The position numbers and the translations under genes were made by a program. Of a DNA stretch of 64,000 bases, positions 13,609 to 27,062 are shown in pieces. The stretch's first letter is position 1. Every line of letters starts with the position of its first letter. The notes under the pieces were generated by a model. The model was not told the origin of the DNA and did not search any database. It saw only the letters and a program-made list of their open reading frames with translations. The DNA is from Haliotis rubra (taxonomy: Eukaryota), in assembly GCF_003918875.1 (NCBI RefSeq), contig NW_025767040.1, positions 1 to 64,000 on the forward strand, written 5' to 3'.

Positions 13609-16600
13609 CTGTAATAAAAACATGTCAGGCATTAAATACTGGGAGCTCAAACAAATAGGGCTTTAAGGGCTTACAACACACTGAACTTAGTTTGTGATTC
13701 AGTTAAAAAAGAAACTAGAAAACAAAAACAACAAAACAAAAACAAAAGAAAACCCAAACCCCAACAATTCAATTGGTGTAACCAAAGTTGCATGAGGAGT
13801 CGTTGAATGGCATTTGGAAGGGATACATACACGGAAGAAAAGTTTATGGATGTCAACTTCTTTATTAAAAGAGTATATACTTTACTCCTTCATGAGATGT
13901 AAACATAAAAGAGAAGTTGACATCCATAAAATTATCTTCCTCAGAGTTGCATGCATGGAACTTAGTACTTTAATTAGTTATGAACGATCACAAGCTTTGT
14001 AAAATGTTTAAAGTTAAACACTTCACTACTGCCGTAATGACGAAAGAATAATCATCTTGTAATACACAGTCAACGTAGTCTGTGCTTCCATGAAGAACTT
14101 CTAACTGAAACTTGCATTGCTAAAGATGGTGCTTGGTTCTTGATGTAGACACTTTTAGGATTATGTACATTCACTGAAACAAAAGGCAACTAAGCCAATT
14201 AACCAAGCATAGTATGAAAGGTGAATTAGAATGTACATGACGATATAAATTACATTATATTAGAATTTGTTTGGAGATTTAGCACCTCTTGTTAATAGCG
14301 TTTGATTACTTTTTCTACAAAGTACTCTCGGCGTTTATTTCTCTTTATGGTATGCTATAAGTTGTTTGCTTCTCTCAAAGGGTAATACGGTCTGATGTAC
14401 GCCTCTTTGTAGCAGTGTCAGCCGAGCCGGTAGGCGAGGGATGACCTGCTACAAAGAGGCATCACATCAACGTATCGCTCGTATTACCCGAGGGGAGAAG
14501 CATACAACGTATTTATCTTACCGCCATGTTAAATGTACAAAATATCATTTTTATGTTATGCTAAAGATCGCTACCGACTACATGACATGTATATGACATG
14601 TAAACAAAATGACGTCTTCCTCTCGACTGGATTTGTAACATCAGTGAAACATATTCTGACAAGCATAAAACTGCCATAAACATTGTTAATTATGTTTTAA
14701 GCTGTGTGTGCAAACCACACAATGTATAAAATAGCTTAAATAAAGAAGTAAAAGTCGGTAAAATAAATCAGTACAAAGTGAACACAAAAACTTGGCTGAT
14801 CGAACGGTTTTGAACTCCGGGCACGGCATGCGTCATATTATGTTGTCATACGATTGTTAGCGCTTCATCTTCTCGGCGAGGAGCTAGGCGGTTACCGTGG
14901 CAGCGGGTAATATTTTTCAGTTGTTACCCTCGTGTGAGGGTGACACGGAAGCTTTGTTAAACCGTCATTGACCAATGAACTCAAAGTATTTTTACATGAA
15001 TGTAAGATAAATAGTATTAGTACTTAGCATGATGCTCCTGCGTTAGCAGTAAGACTTTACGTTTGACCCGTCTGTCGCGGAGGGGTTCCTTTACTTTATC
15101 GGGTATGTATACGTATCATGTGCATACATATATGTATTCCTATTTCACAAATTATAGCAGTGAAAATATGGTTGCAGGCAATGATGAGGGCTAAGAAAGC
15201 ATCGTGCAAAACGGAGCCAGAATCACGTTTTTGGACAGGCGAGAGGATCTTCAAATACAGCCGGGGTCGCGGGGGTCATGTAAGTAGTTCCGGAGAAGAA
15301 ATAGTTGCCCCTTTAAAAGGCTGTATCCCAGTTGTTCTTGGGTCTACGGTCAAAACAATTAGTGTTCTGGAATCACCAGGACATGGGTTACCATACTGGC
15401 ACTTTGTGTGCGAATCTGCACATTTTGGGAACAAACTACTCAGAAAACTGCTGAAAAACATGGCCGAAAACTGAAAACAACAATAACTGCCAAACGGTAC
15501 GTTTTAGCGACTTGACCCGTCTGGTAGACAAATCAGCGGAATAATAAATAAAAATAATAATGATAATCCGAACGATTACAATAGGTCTCCTGCCTAGAGG
15601 CAAGGAGCCCTAATAAGTCAATCATTTGTTTTCCTACCTGAGCTGTCGATCACACTTCCTATAACTGTAGAGTTCTTCACTGTGCCTCCACTTACACCTT
15701 AAACAACAATACATCCATATGCAATTCTGTGTATGCTCAATGAGCTTGCTATAAACATGTACAAGATGGATTTGGAATATGCAGCCATATAAATGCGAGT
15801 AATAAGATGATATATGACATAATTGCAGCAATATTACAGAACTGTTCAGATTTCCTCCGTGTGATTTTGTGTGAGATGTTTAAAGTAGTGGTTGACAGCT
15901 AATTGAGCCATTCCCCATTTACCTACTAAAGGGTACCTGATCAACATTTACGTGTCTAAGTTAAGCACAAGGTCAAATCGGAACGGCCTGTGATTAATGA
16001 GAGTGAAGAATCGTGCATATATACAGGGGACGTTTTAAATGATAGTCGATAACCTCAATAGACAACGGAATTACAAACAGAATAAACAGTTTCCTGTCCA
16101 TTTGGAATGGCATTGGTTTCTACACCTTGTACATCAGTCACATGAAGCATTAAAAAGACTCTTTGTTATCGCGTATATTCTTTGAGACCAACTCTCAACC
16201 TTCCCTTTTAACACTGGCCCTGGAAGAAACTCGGTATGTTTTACCAGTTATGTAAGCGCGACCTCGACCCGTTCTTGAACTGAGTTGGCGGTTTTTACGG
16301 TCTTGCATGGATGGGTCATCGCTCTGCTCTCCAGAGTCAGAATCGGGTGGGTCTGTGTCCATTTCTGAAAGGTAAGGGAAATTCCATACGTTTCACTCAA
16401 CTCAATACAGTACTTCACTCTTCGGGGTGTTAAAGTGGAACTATTCTCCATGGCCTAGAGTCTACTTTCATTCAAAGACTGTGTGTTTTTGAGGCCGTGT
16501 GTGAAGGTCTAGACAGAATGTGTAAGTCTAGATAGTCAAGTAGTGCCAAGATGGATGGTTTATATGAGACCACGTGTGAAGTTCTAGACATAGATATAAG

Positions 16601-18309
16601 CTGTACTTTGTGCGACGGTCTAGACAGTGTAAGAAGTGACATGTGTGAAGGTCTACAGATGGTTTATATGAGACAGTGTGAAGTAATGATATGTATGGAG
16701 GTCTACACAGTGTAAGTAGTGATATGTGTGAAGTCATTAGATGGTCTACACAGTGTAATTGGTGATGAGTGTGAAGGTCTACACAGTGTATGGGTGAAGT
16801 CTACACACAAGTGATATGTGTGAAGGCCTACACAGTGTAAGTAGTGCCATGTGTGAAGGTCTACACAGTGTAATTAGCAGTGTGTTGTGCGTGAAGGTCA
16901 GGTCAGACAGTGTAATTAGTGTTGTGTGTGAAAGTCTACACAGTGTAATTAGTGAAGTAGTGCCTTGTGTGAAGGTCTACACAGTGTAATTATGTGTTGT
17001 GTGTGAAGGTCTACACAATGTAAGCAGTGATATGTGTGAGTAGGTCTACACGGTGTAAGTAGTGATAATGTGTGAAGGTCTACACAGTGTAATTAGTGTT
17101 GTGTGTGAAGGTCTACACAGTGTAGTTAGTGTTGTGTGTGAAGGTTTACGCAATTTAAGTAGTGATATGTGTAAAAGGTCTACAGTGTAAGTAGTGATAT
17201 GTGTTTAGGTCTACACAGTGTAATTAGTGTTGTGTGTGAAGTTCTACACAGTATAATTAGTGTTGTGTGTGAAGGTCTACACAGTGTAATTAGTGTTGTG
17301 TGAAGGCCTACACAGTGTAATTAGTGTTGTGTGTGAAGGTCTTTACACAGTGTAGAAAGTAGTGATATGTGTGAAGGTCTACACAGTGTAATTAGTCTTG
17401 TGTGAAGGTCACACACAGTGTAATTAGTGCTGTGGGAAGGTCTACACAGTGTAATTAGTGATATGTGTGAGAAGGTCTACACAGTGTAAGTAGTGATATG
17501 TGTTTAGGTCTACACAGTGTAATTAGTGTTGTGTGTGAAGGTCTCTACACAGTGTAATTAGTGTTGTGTGTGAAGGTCTACACAGTGTAATTAGTGTTGT
17601 TTGTGAAAGTCTTCACAGTGTAATTAGTGGTGTGTGAGAGGTCTACACAGTGTAATTAGTGATATGTATATGAAGGTCTAGACAGCGCAGTTGTGATATG
17701 TATGAAGGTCTACATAGCGTAAGTTTATTGCTGTGAAGGAAGGTCAAGACAGTGTAATTAGTGATCAGTGTGAAGGTCTACACAGTGTAATTAGTACTAT
17801 ATGAGAAATTCTAGACAGTGAAAGTAGTACAATGTGGGAAGGTCAAGACAGTGAAAGTAGTGATTTCCGAAATGTTGCTTGAATTTTCCAAGCTGGGACT
17901 ACTTTGTTGTGGAGCCCAGTTGCCATGGATAAGCATTTATAAAAGTTTCATTCAACTACCGAAAGGCACATGGTGACTGAATACAACTGCATGGAACAGA
18001 TCTGTACAAACGGCAACAAATAAAAACTCGTACATTTACATTGCTTCACCTCAACTTAAACTCTATGCTTGCGAGTCTCTGTGTCATGACTCTTAGCTAC
18101 GAGTGCTTCCCGACTGACCCTACTTTGCTTAATTGTCAAATAGGGCGCGTGGGTTCAGTGCAACCGGAGCATTCACTGGTTGTGAATAATAAGAACATGG
18201 AGCCGCGTGGTTGATATGCCAAGCATTTGGCCTAACCTGCACCAGTTGCAAGTCCTTGCGCCGGCGCCATGTCTGTCAGTCTGGTGCGCTTTGGCGTGGC
18301 TTGGCTCAT
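10508..18309 (-). CDS. STAND-type (nSTAND3-like) P-loop NTPase with ankyrin repeats, NLR-like; frameshifted as assembled
   Basis: Exons with GT/AG and matching phase 1: 18309-18237 (MSQATPKRTRLTDMAPAQGLATGA), 16364-16245 (EMDTDPPDSDSGEQSDD...GRAYIT), 15697-15638 (GVSGGTVKNSTVIGSVIDSS), 14173-~14110 (VNVHNPKSVYIKNQAPS; donor unresolved), 13608-10508. The last exon carries the NTPase and ankyrin motifs. Confidence 0.75.
14340..15013. mobile_element. Non-autonomous hairpin element (Crypton-like architecture)
   Basis: ~150-bp imperfect palindrome 14361-14508 centred on ccgagccggtaggcgagg, plus inverted repeat tatttatcttac (14510) / gtaagataaata (15002). Confidence 0.5.
15025..15614 (+). mobile_element. 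Helentron/Helitron-type non-autonomous element
   Basis: (aat)n tract followed by the hairpin ggtctcctgcctagaggcaaggagccc-taat. Related gctcctgc motif at the other end. Internal direct repeat ttgacccgtctg. Confidence 0.45.
16495..17870. repeat. 33-bp minisatellite, ~40 copies, in intron 1 of the STAND gene
   Basis: Unit gtgtgaaggtctacacagtgtaattagtgttgt, with period 33 (17081 to 17114). Confidence 0.95.
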
Positions 18310-18620
18310 CGTCAGTCGAATCCATTACGACAGTGTGTCCGCTTCCTGTCTGTCGTTTTCGTATTCATCATCGTTGGCGCGCGACCCGATTCAAATTATT
18401 TCGGCATGATATGACAACAATGCTATTTGTAGAGTTGGTTCATTGTGCACATGCGAGCTTCAGCACGTGTTGCTCAAATAGGCACCTGTCCATTCGTGAC
18501 CAACTCGTGTTAGTCCGGGACAAGCCGAATAGCGACTCGTGCCGCACTGGAAGGATTTCATATTGGCGCATGAACATCAGAACTACTTTAAACAGGGACG
18601 ATAACTGTATTCCTGTTTGA
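18310..18620 (-). promoter_or_regulatory. CpG-rich probable promoter / 5' UTR of the STAND-ankyrin gene
   Basis: Locally GC- and CpG-rich island directly upstream of the first coding exon in an AT-rich background. Confidence 0.4.
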
Positions 18621-19429
18621 TTCCAATGGTACTTAATATCACCGAAGTAATCATACATTGTATTGCTGTTTATGTTTTTAAAGAATCGAACCTATTTGAT
18701 ACAACTAAAAGAAGGAGAAAAACTTATTTGTTACAGACTTATTCTGACGTAATTATTACCAGATGTTCACCTTATGTTTCTAAAATAGGGTTTGATACTC
18801 ACAAATGGGATCTGTTTTACAAACTATGTAAATAAAAAATTATAAAAGTTACATTAAATCCCAAAGTAGAAACTCAAAAATGAATTTAAAATATTTGTCA
18901 AACTGAACATTCGTTTAACCTTGCTCTCATACCCCAAGTGGAATTTTAAATGAATTCGCTGAAAAGCATACGAATGACCAAAATAAAAGTCAGACTAAAA
19001 ATAATGTTCAACTGTTTGATAGACACTCGTGTTCGTGAGCAGGTTATGAATGAGATTGAATCACTATCAAATAGTGATATCGAGAGCAGGTTGTGGATGA
19101 GTGAGTTTAGTTTTACGCCGCACTCAACACTATCCCAGCTATATGGCGGAGGGTCACAATCAAATGATGATATCGTCCGCAGGTTATGAATGAGCTCGAA
19201 TCACTATCGGATAGTGGTATCAATGTTTCCAAAAGCGTCCGCAAAGGCTAGTGAACTGTTTAATCAAAGCCATAGATGTGTCAAAAATACAAAAATAGTA
19301 AATTAAACAGCAGCATGTTTAGCACTCAGCAATATTCCAGGTTTATGACTGCGGTATGTAAGTAAATGGATAATCATGGGTCCTTTAGAGAATATAAGGC
19401 TCCTCAAGTGTGATCTTCCTCAGTGAGCA

Positions 19430-19668
19430 AAACCCAAGATATAAGTTAGTGATCTTCAAAGCAACTCATGCATGCCGTAAGAGGCGACTAACAGGATCGG
19501 ATAGTCAGACTCCGCTGACTTGGTTGACACAGGTCATCGTATCCCTCGTTGGGTGTAGATCGATGCTCACGCTGTTGGTCACTGGATTGTCTGGTCCAGA
19601 ATCGATTATATACTGCCATATAGCTTTTATATTGCTGAGTGCGGCAGTAAAACGAAACTCACTCACTC
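19430..19668 (+). mobile_element. SINE family A copy (diverged)
   Basis: gccgtaagaggcgactaacaggatcgg...ggattgtctggtccaga...aaactcactcactc. Confidence 0.8.
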
Positions 19669-20931
19669 CAGTCAGTGAGCAGTAATCCTACTCATATAGG
19701 CAAGCGGAATTGACAGGTGAACTCTATATTAAAAGCTAACGTCACACGCTGTCGTGGCAGTGCATGTAACTCTCACGCGGTCGGGATAGTATATGTAGAG
19801 ACACCTAACCCATGAAGCTGTCTGGTTGTTTGCCTCTCAACGCAAACACGGGCACCTTTGGAGACCTTATATTCTCCACAGTAGCACTTGCGCTGCTCTT
19901 CCTTAAAGAAAATAGAGCGCAGCCATTGGCCCCGCCTTTATCAAAAGTTACTGTGGGTCTGGGCTTGATATCAGGTTGTGTGGATGTGTGTTTGTGTATT
20001 GTGACATGCATCACTGACCCTGTCTTGAGTAACACACCAGATTAACCAACAATCACTGTGGTCAGTGCGTTCTCATAGTGCTTGAAAGGACATGTGCACA
20101 AATTTCTGTCTTATCGTTCTTCATACTCACATTTCACATCAACATGTCTTACATTTTTTCTGAAAAATGCTTGGGGTTCAACTCGCGTCAGCAGTATCCT
20201 ATACTGCCCATCAAAAGTTTAGACTCATTAAAGCACTCACTATATGTTATGTATATGTGTATGGTTACATCGAAGATGGATTTCCACTAACTTGGGGGGA
20301 ACCAACTCGCAAACCTTATGAAGATGAATTTGCACAGGGAACATGCATCAAATTTGTGTAAAGCATGTGCAGATATCATGCATGTGAACAGCTGTGTTTT
20401 GGTGTAACGTTTTGCTACGAATTCATCAATACTACGAATTTATGATTTTCATCATTTATCGAACTCATGACAATAATCTATTCAACGTTACAAATGTGTT
20501 TTACAATGATTCAGTTCATGTATAAACAGTACCTTTAAACAGTATGGAAAGTTTTGCAAAAATATATTTTAGGAACAGTTGACTAAAGTACATGGCTTCA
20601 TTTACACTATTGAGTCTAAACATTTGATGGGGAGTATATATGAAGTGACAATTGTATCTTTGTATTTTTAATATCAACACACTCACGGACGCACACGCAC
20701 ACAGACAAACACACTTTTTTAACAGATCGCCCAGTCGTTTAAAGATTAGGAGATTAGAGAAAACATCTCAATGAAACTTGCAAAAATGAAATATACCACC
20801 TGCATTAAACTACATATTTTTTCTCTTAACTAAAGAGAAAAACAACTCTATGCTCAGTTCTACTGTTTGTATTTTAGTTTGCTCCATCCAAAACTATTTG
20901 TTAAGTAAACATTGCTAAAACAAACAATCTG

Positions 20932-22295
20932 ACAATCAATCTTTATTTTCTTTGTAGTGGAAGCCATAGGCCCAGGCTACACTTCAGGAGTTCAGAGCGG
21001 TGCATATGTGCATATATAGTTCAGAAGACAATAAGTTAATTTACAAATTATACAAAGGGAAATATGATATTATTGGCATAGAAGTGAATCTCTAAGTTTC
21101 ATTGTATTGTGTATATAAATAGCTAAGGTTTTACAATATATGGATTGCCAGTTGACATGAGCATATTTAACTTATGAATAGTGGGACTCGAATAAAGGTT
21201 TTGTGGTAAATACAAACATCTCAGATTTTGATAACATTTACATACCAAAATAAAATGAAATTCATTTTCAATAAATTTATCTTTACATACAAAACATATA
21301 TAATCTATTTGACCTGGGTTGATTAATATATCGACCGGTCTCAATTTGGAGGCGGTGTGAAGAACATCTGAATTTAGCAAGGGGCCGGTCGGAATTTTGA
21401 AATTGATAAATATTTTATGTAAAATTCAACATTAAGTGAGATTTTAAAACAAGAATAAAGTGAAAATAGGACTATTTACAGGCGATGTGTGCCATTCTTG
21501 TTCATAACTTGCTCTTAGTCTAAAACAAATTCTAATATGAATTTATCGACATAAAACACACCCTTGTCGCAAAACCCCTGTGGGCAATCAAACAACTGAG
21601 AGAGAGAAATATCACGCACCTGTCCCTTTAACACACTTATAGATAGAAGTTAAGGCTTTAAGCATCACAGGTGAAACGCCTCTATATTTGAGAATGGCCC
21701 ATAGTTTATCCCCTGTTAACAAAATCAAAAGCCTTTTGAAATCGACAAACATAGCATAGAACTTCCCCTCTCTTTTTTCTTACGTTGGAAAACAGATTGA
21801 AGAATAAAATATTATCAATTGTACTATAACCTTCCCTAAACCCTGCTTGTGATTTCACAACCTTTCGCATGTATTTGCCCAAAATGTTATTCTATTGTTA
21901 AGTACAGATGTATATAGTTTACTTGAGAGTACTAAGAAAGGATATTCCCCTGTAATTATTTGGATCATTACGATCACCCTTCTAAATAAAGGTACAGTAA
22001 TTGCTGTACTCCTGCTGTCTGAAAAGTGGAGGACTCGAACAAAATATTAAACAAAAGCTCCATATACGGTAATAAAATATCCATTGAATGCTTAAAAACT
22101 CCGGCAATGAATTATCTCACCAGGCGACTCTGAAGATTTTAAGCTTAAGGATAGCCTCAGATAGTTCATCCCTAGTAATGGGTGAATCTAATATAGTACA
22201 TGTTATGTCATCAACGTCATAATCAAAATCACACTGACTAATATGGGGCTCGGCATGATCAGACAGTGCTTTTGTATTGATACAAGTCTGACAAA
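20932..22295 (-). mobile_element. RTEX-like LINE remnant (copy 1)
   Basis: RT N-terminal motifs (ILDSPITRDEL, NYRGIS), C-terminal C..C....IENEFHFILVC, and 3' end aataaagattgattg. Internally deleted. Confidence 0.8.
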
Positions 22296-22449
22296 AATAG
22301 AATAAACTTATGTTTGATGAAGGTCCCGTTTCAGGTATTCCGTGTAACACCGGCACCATGAGTCGGGTATGAGGGAGTAGTGTGATGATGTGGGCAACAA
22401 ACCTCCATTAAGACAGTCCCAACCTGCTTTATATTCAGGGGAGCTTATA

Positions 22450-22600
22450 TATACTCATAGAAACGAAAAGGAACACATGGAAGTACAAGTGTTCCTTTAT
22501 TATTTCCCGAATTTCACTCACATACCTTGTGAAGAAACCTGGAAAAGAATACAGGAACACTTGTACTTTCACGTGTTCCCTTATTTGTTTCCATGAGTAT
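22450..22600. mobile_element. Palindromic MITE (same family as 8123-8280)
   Basis: Same inverted arms and spacer, TA flanks. Confidence 0.85.
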
Positions 22601-23125
22601 ATGTAGCACTACAGAAGTCTTCAGAATTCTGCAGCCACAGGTTATGAAGAATTCCATAGCGATATTTCGTCAGTGTGATGTCAGGCTCTGCACAGCAGCG
22701 GAATAACTACACAACAACGGCATATAAATTAATTAACCTTAAAAACATAAACAAATATGAAAGAGCAATGTCTAATACTTTGACTTTCTGTTTGTCTTCT
22801 GTGATGTGTTCTGTCAGCGGGCAGCGGGCAATACTAGGTGAGGGTCATGTTAAAAGGTATATAAAGAACAATTCCAAAGGTATCTCGTTTCATGAATGTC
22901 TGTGCACGATGACTACATTGTCAATCATTAACGTGATGTTTGGGTAGATATGAATTAAGGTTTTAGCAGTTGAACGAACAATGGCAGACATCGGTAATGA
23001 TCCCTAAATTAGGAAGTTCAACACACACAGCCAATTTCAAAACTCTCATCACTTCTGACCTCATCAAGAGGTCTACGTTCCAAGCCCTTCATGTCCAAGC
23101 ATAATCTAACATTGAGGAAATCGGA

Positions 23126-23770
23126 GACAAGGGGTTATCAAATGTTTTCATCCTAAAATACTTCTAGTATATGCATGATGAAAATAACTATATGATATTG
23201 AAGAATGATTTATATCATTCACACACTGGAAATCTTTTAGCATAGTATAGTGGAAGTCTTGCCCACTATGTGCAGCCTTCAAGATGATGGGTGAAGGGAA
23301 CTCCAGTGCCCTTGAAGATGACCCCGTCCAGGTCGGCCCACAACCAACATCTACACGGAAAACATCGACCAGATGTACACCATGGTAATGAGCAACCGTC
23401 GAATCTCAATCCAAGAGTTAGTGCAGGCAAGTGGCATCTCGTATGGATCTGTTGTAATCCATCCTGCATGAACATCTCCATATGTCTAAGGGTTGCGTAA
23501 GGTGGGTCGAAAGGATGATCACGGGGGTCACCATAAGTAATGCCAAGAGAACAAGATATAAACAAAACGTGGATTCATCACTATGACCCTGATGACAAAC
23601 AGGAATCCATGGAGTGGAAGCACTCCAAGTCTCCTCCGACCAAGAAGTTCAAGTTCGTCCAGGAAGGTTATGGGCAACATATTTTCGGATAGCCAAGGCA
23701 TCATACACATATATTACCTTCCACGAGCATCTACGATGAATGGTACCTCAAGACCTGGCACCAAGTGACT
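23126..23770 (+). mobile_element. Mariner transposon remnant (copy 1)
   Basis: Duplicate of 26414-27062. Retains WIHHYDPDDKQESMEWKH and KVMGNIFSDSQGIIHI fragments. Confidence 0.8.
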
Positions 23771-24591
23771 ACCACCTGTGTCTTATCGTTCTTCATACTC
23801 ACATTTCACATCAACATGTCTTACATTTTTCTGAAAATGCTTGGGTTCAACTCGCGTCAGCAGTCCTATACTGCCCATCAAAAGTTTAGACTCATTAAAG
23901 CACTCACTATATGTTATGTATATGTGTATGGTTACATCGAAGATGGATTTCTCCACTAACTTGGGGAACCAACTGCAAACCTTATGAAGATGAATTGCAC
24001 AGGAACATGCATCAAATTTGTAAAGCATGTGCAGATATCATGCATGTGAACAGCCGTGTTTTGGTGTAACGTTTTGCTACGAATTCATCACTACGAATTT
24101 ATGATTTTCATCATTTATCGAACTCATGACAATAATCTATTCAACGTTACAAATGTGTTTTACAATGATTCAGTTCATGTATAAACAGTACCTTTAAACA
24201 GTATGGAAAGTTTTGCAAAATATATTTTTAGAACAGTTGACTAAAGTACATGGCTTTATTTACACTATTGAGTCTAAACATTTGATGGGGAGTATATATG
24301 AAGTGACAATTGTATCTTTGTATTTTTAATATCAACACACTCACGGACGCAAACGCACACAGACAAACACACGAATTTTTAACAGATCGCCCAGTCGTTT
24401 AAAGATTAGGAGATTAGAAAACATCTCAATGAAACTTGCAAAAATGAAATATACCACCTGCATTAAACTACATATTTTCTCTCTTAACTAAAGAAGAAAA
24501 ACAACTCTATGCTCAGTTTTACTGTTTGTATTTTAGTTTGCTCCATCCAAAACTATTTGTTAAGTAAACATTGCTAAAACAAACAATCTGA

Positions 24592-25605
24592 CAATCAATC
24601 TTCATTTTTTTCTTTGTAGTGGAGGCCATAGGCCCAGGCTACACTTCAGGATTTCAGAGCGGTGCATATGTGCATATATAGTTCAGAAGACAATAAGTTA
24701 ATTTTACAAAGTATACAAGGGAAATATGATATAATTGGCATAGAAGTGAATCTCCTAAGTTTCATTGTATTGTGTATATAAATAGCTAAAGGTTTTTTAC
24801 AATATATGGATTGCCAGTTGACATGAGCATATTTAACTTATGAATAGTGGGACTCGAATAAAGGTTTTGTGGTAAATACAAACGCAATCAAACAAACTGA
24901 GAGAGAGAAATATCACGTCACCTGTCCCTTAACACACTTATAGATAGAAGTTAAGGCTTTAAGCATCTTAGGTGAAACGCCTCTATATTTGAGAATGGCC
25001 CATAGTTTATCCCTGTTAACAAAATCAAAAGCCTTTTGAAATCGACAAATATAGCATAGAACTTCCCCTTATTCTTACATAGATAACGTTGGAAAACAGA
25101 TTGTAGAATAAAATATTATCAATTGTACTATAACTTCCCTAAACCCTGCTTGTGATTCCACAACCTTTTCGTATGTATTTGCCCAAAATGTTATTCTATT
25201 GTTAAGTACAGATGTATATAGTTTACTGAAAGTACTAAGAAGAGATATTCCCCTGTAATTATTTGGATCATTACGATCACCCTTCTTAAATAAAGGTACA
25301 ATAATTGCTGTACTCCAGCTGTCTGGAAAAGTGGAGGACTCGAACATAATATTAAACAACAGCTCCATATACGGTAATAAAATATCCATTGAATGCTGAT
25401 AAAAACTTCGGCAATAAATTATCTTCACCAGGAGACTTTGAAGATTTAAGCTTAAGAATAGCCTCAGATTTTCATCCCTAGTAATGGGTGAATCTAATAT
25501 AGTACATGTTATGTCATCAACGTCATAATCAAAATAACATTCACTAATATGGGGCTTGGCATGATCAGACACAGTGCTTTTGTCTTGATACAAGTCTGAC
25601 AAATT
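24592..25605 (-). mobile_element. RTEX-like LINE remnant (copy 2)
   Basis: ORF 25075..25602: FPDSWSTAIIVPLFKKGDRNDPNNYRGISLLSTFSKLYTSVLNNRI...ESQAGFR. Confidence 0.85.
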
Positions 25606-26413
25606 AGAATAAACTTATGTTTGATGAAGGTCCCGTTTCAGGTATTCTGTGTAACACCGGCACCATGAGTCGGGTATGAGGGAGTAGTGTGATGGTGTGG
25701 TCAACAAACCTCCATTAAGACAGTTCCAACCTGCTTTATATTCAGGGCAGCTTATATATACTCATAGAAACGAAAAGGAACACATGGAAGTACAAGTGTT
25801 CTTTATTATTTCCCGAATTTCACTCACAGTACAATACATACCTTGTGAAGAAACCTGGAAAAGAATACAGGAACAATCACGTGAGTATATGTAGCACTAC
25901 AGAAGTCTTCAGAATTCTGCAGCCACAGGTTATGAAGAATTCCATAGCGATATTTCGTCAGTGTGATGTCAGGCTCTGCACAGCAGCGGAATAACTACAC
26001 AACAACGGCATATAAATTAATTAACCTTGAAGAAAACATAAACAAATATGAAAGAGCAATGTCTAATGCTTTGACTTTCTGTTTGTCTTAAGTGTTATTT
26101 CAGCGGGCAGCGGGCAATACTAGGTGGGGGTCATGTTAAAAGGTATATATAGAACAATTCCAAAGGTATCTCGTTTCATGAATGTCTGTGCACGATGACT
26201 ACATTGTCAACTATTAACGTGATGTTTGGGTAGATAAGGAATTAAGGATTTAGCAGTTGAACGAACAATGGCAGACATCGTAATGATCCCTAAATTAGGA
26301 AGTTCAACACACACAGCCAATTTCAAAACACTCATCACTTCTGACCTCATCAAGAAGTCTACGTTCCCAGCCATTCATGTCCTAGCATAATCTAACATTG
26401 AGGAAATCGGATA

Positions 26414-27062
26414 CGAGGGGCTATCAAATGTTTTTATCCTAAAAAACTTCTAATATATGCATGATGAAAATAACTATATGATATTGAAGAATGATTTATA
26501 TCATTCACACACTGGAAATCTTTAGCATAGTATAGTGGAAGTCTTGCCCACTATCTGCAGCCATCAAGCGATGGGTGAAGGGAACTCCAGTGCCCTTGAA
26601 GATGACCCCCGTCCAGGTCGGCCCACAACCAACATCTACACGGAAAACATTGACCAGATGTACACCATGGTAATGAGCAACCGTCGAATCTCAATCCAAG
26701 AGTTAGAGCAGACAAGTGGCATCTCGTATAGATCTGTTGTAACCATCCTGCATGAACATCTCCACATGTCTAAGGGTTGCGTAAGGTGGGTCCCAAGAAT
26801 GATCCCGGGGGTTACCATAAGTAATGCCAAGAGAACAAGATATAAACATAACGTGGATTCATCACTATGACCCTGATGACAAACAGGAATCCATGGAGTG
26901 GAAGCACTCCAAGTCTCCTCCGACCAAGAAGTTCAAGTCGTCCAGATCGACCAGGAAGGTTATGGGTACCATATTTTGGGATAGCCAAGGCATCATGCAC
27001 ATATATTACCTTCCACGAGCATCTACGATGAATGGTACCTCAAGACCTGGCACCAAGTGACT
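26414..27062 (+). mobile_element. Mariner transposon remnant (copy 2), truncated
   Basis: Left end ta-cgagggggctatcaaa. LEDDPRPGRP, RRISIQEL, RWVPR and WIHHYDP..KQESMEWKH..SP..KKFK...KVMGTIFWD are mariner transposase motifs. Confidence 0.88.

Noticed and set aside
15698-15820. Signal-peptide-like start MSYIILLLAFIWLHI on the minus strand
   Set aside because: Stops after 23 codons. An acceptor at 15698-15699 and an in-phase upstream exon explain the region as intron.
18207-18658. ORFs of 137, 67 and 72 aa in the CpG-rich region
   Set aside because: No domain signal. Better explained by the minus-strand first exon and promoter of the STAND gene.
19805-20045. Overlapping short ORFs and adjacent CCAAT/GC-box-like motifs
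   Set aside because: No homology cue, splice partners or linked gene; such motifs arise by chance.
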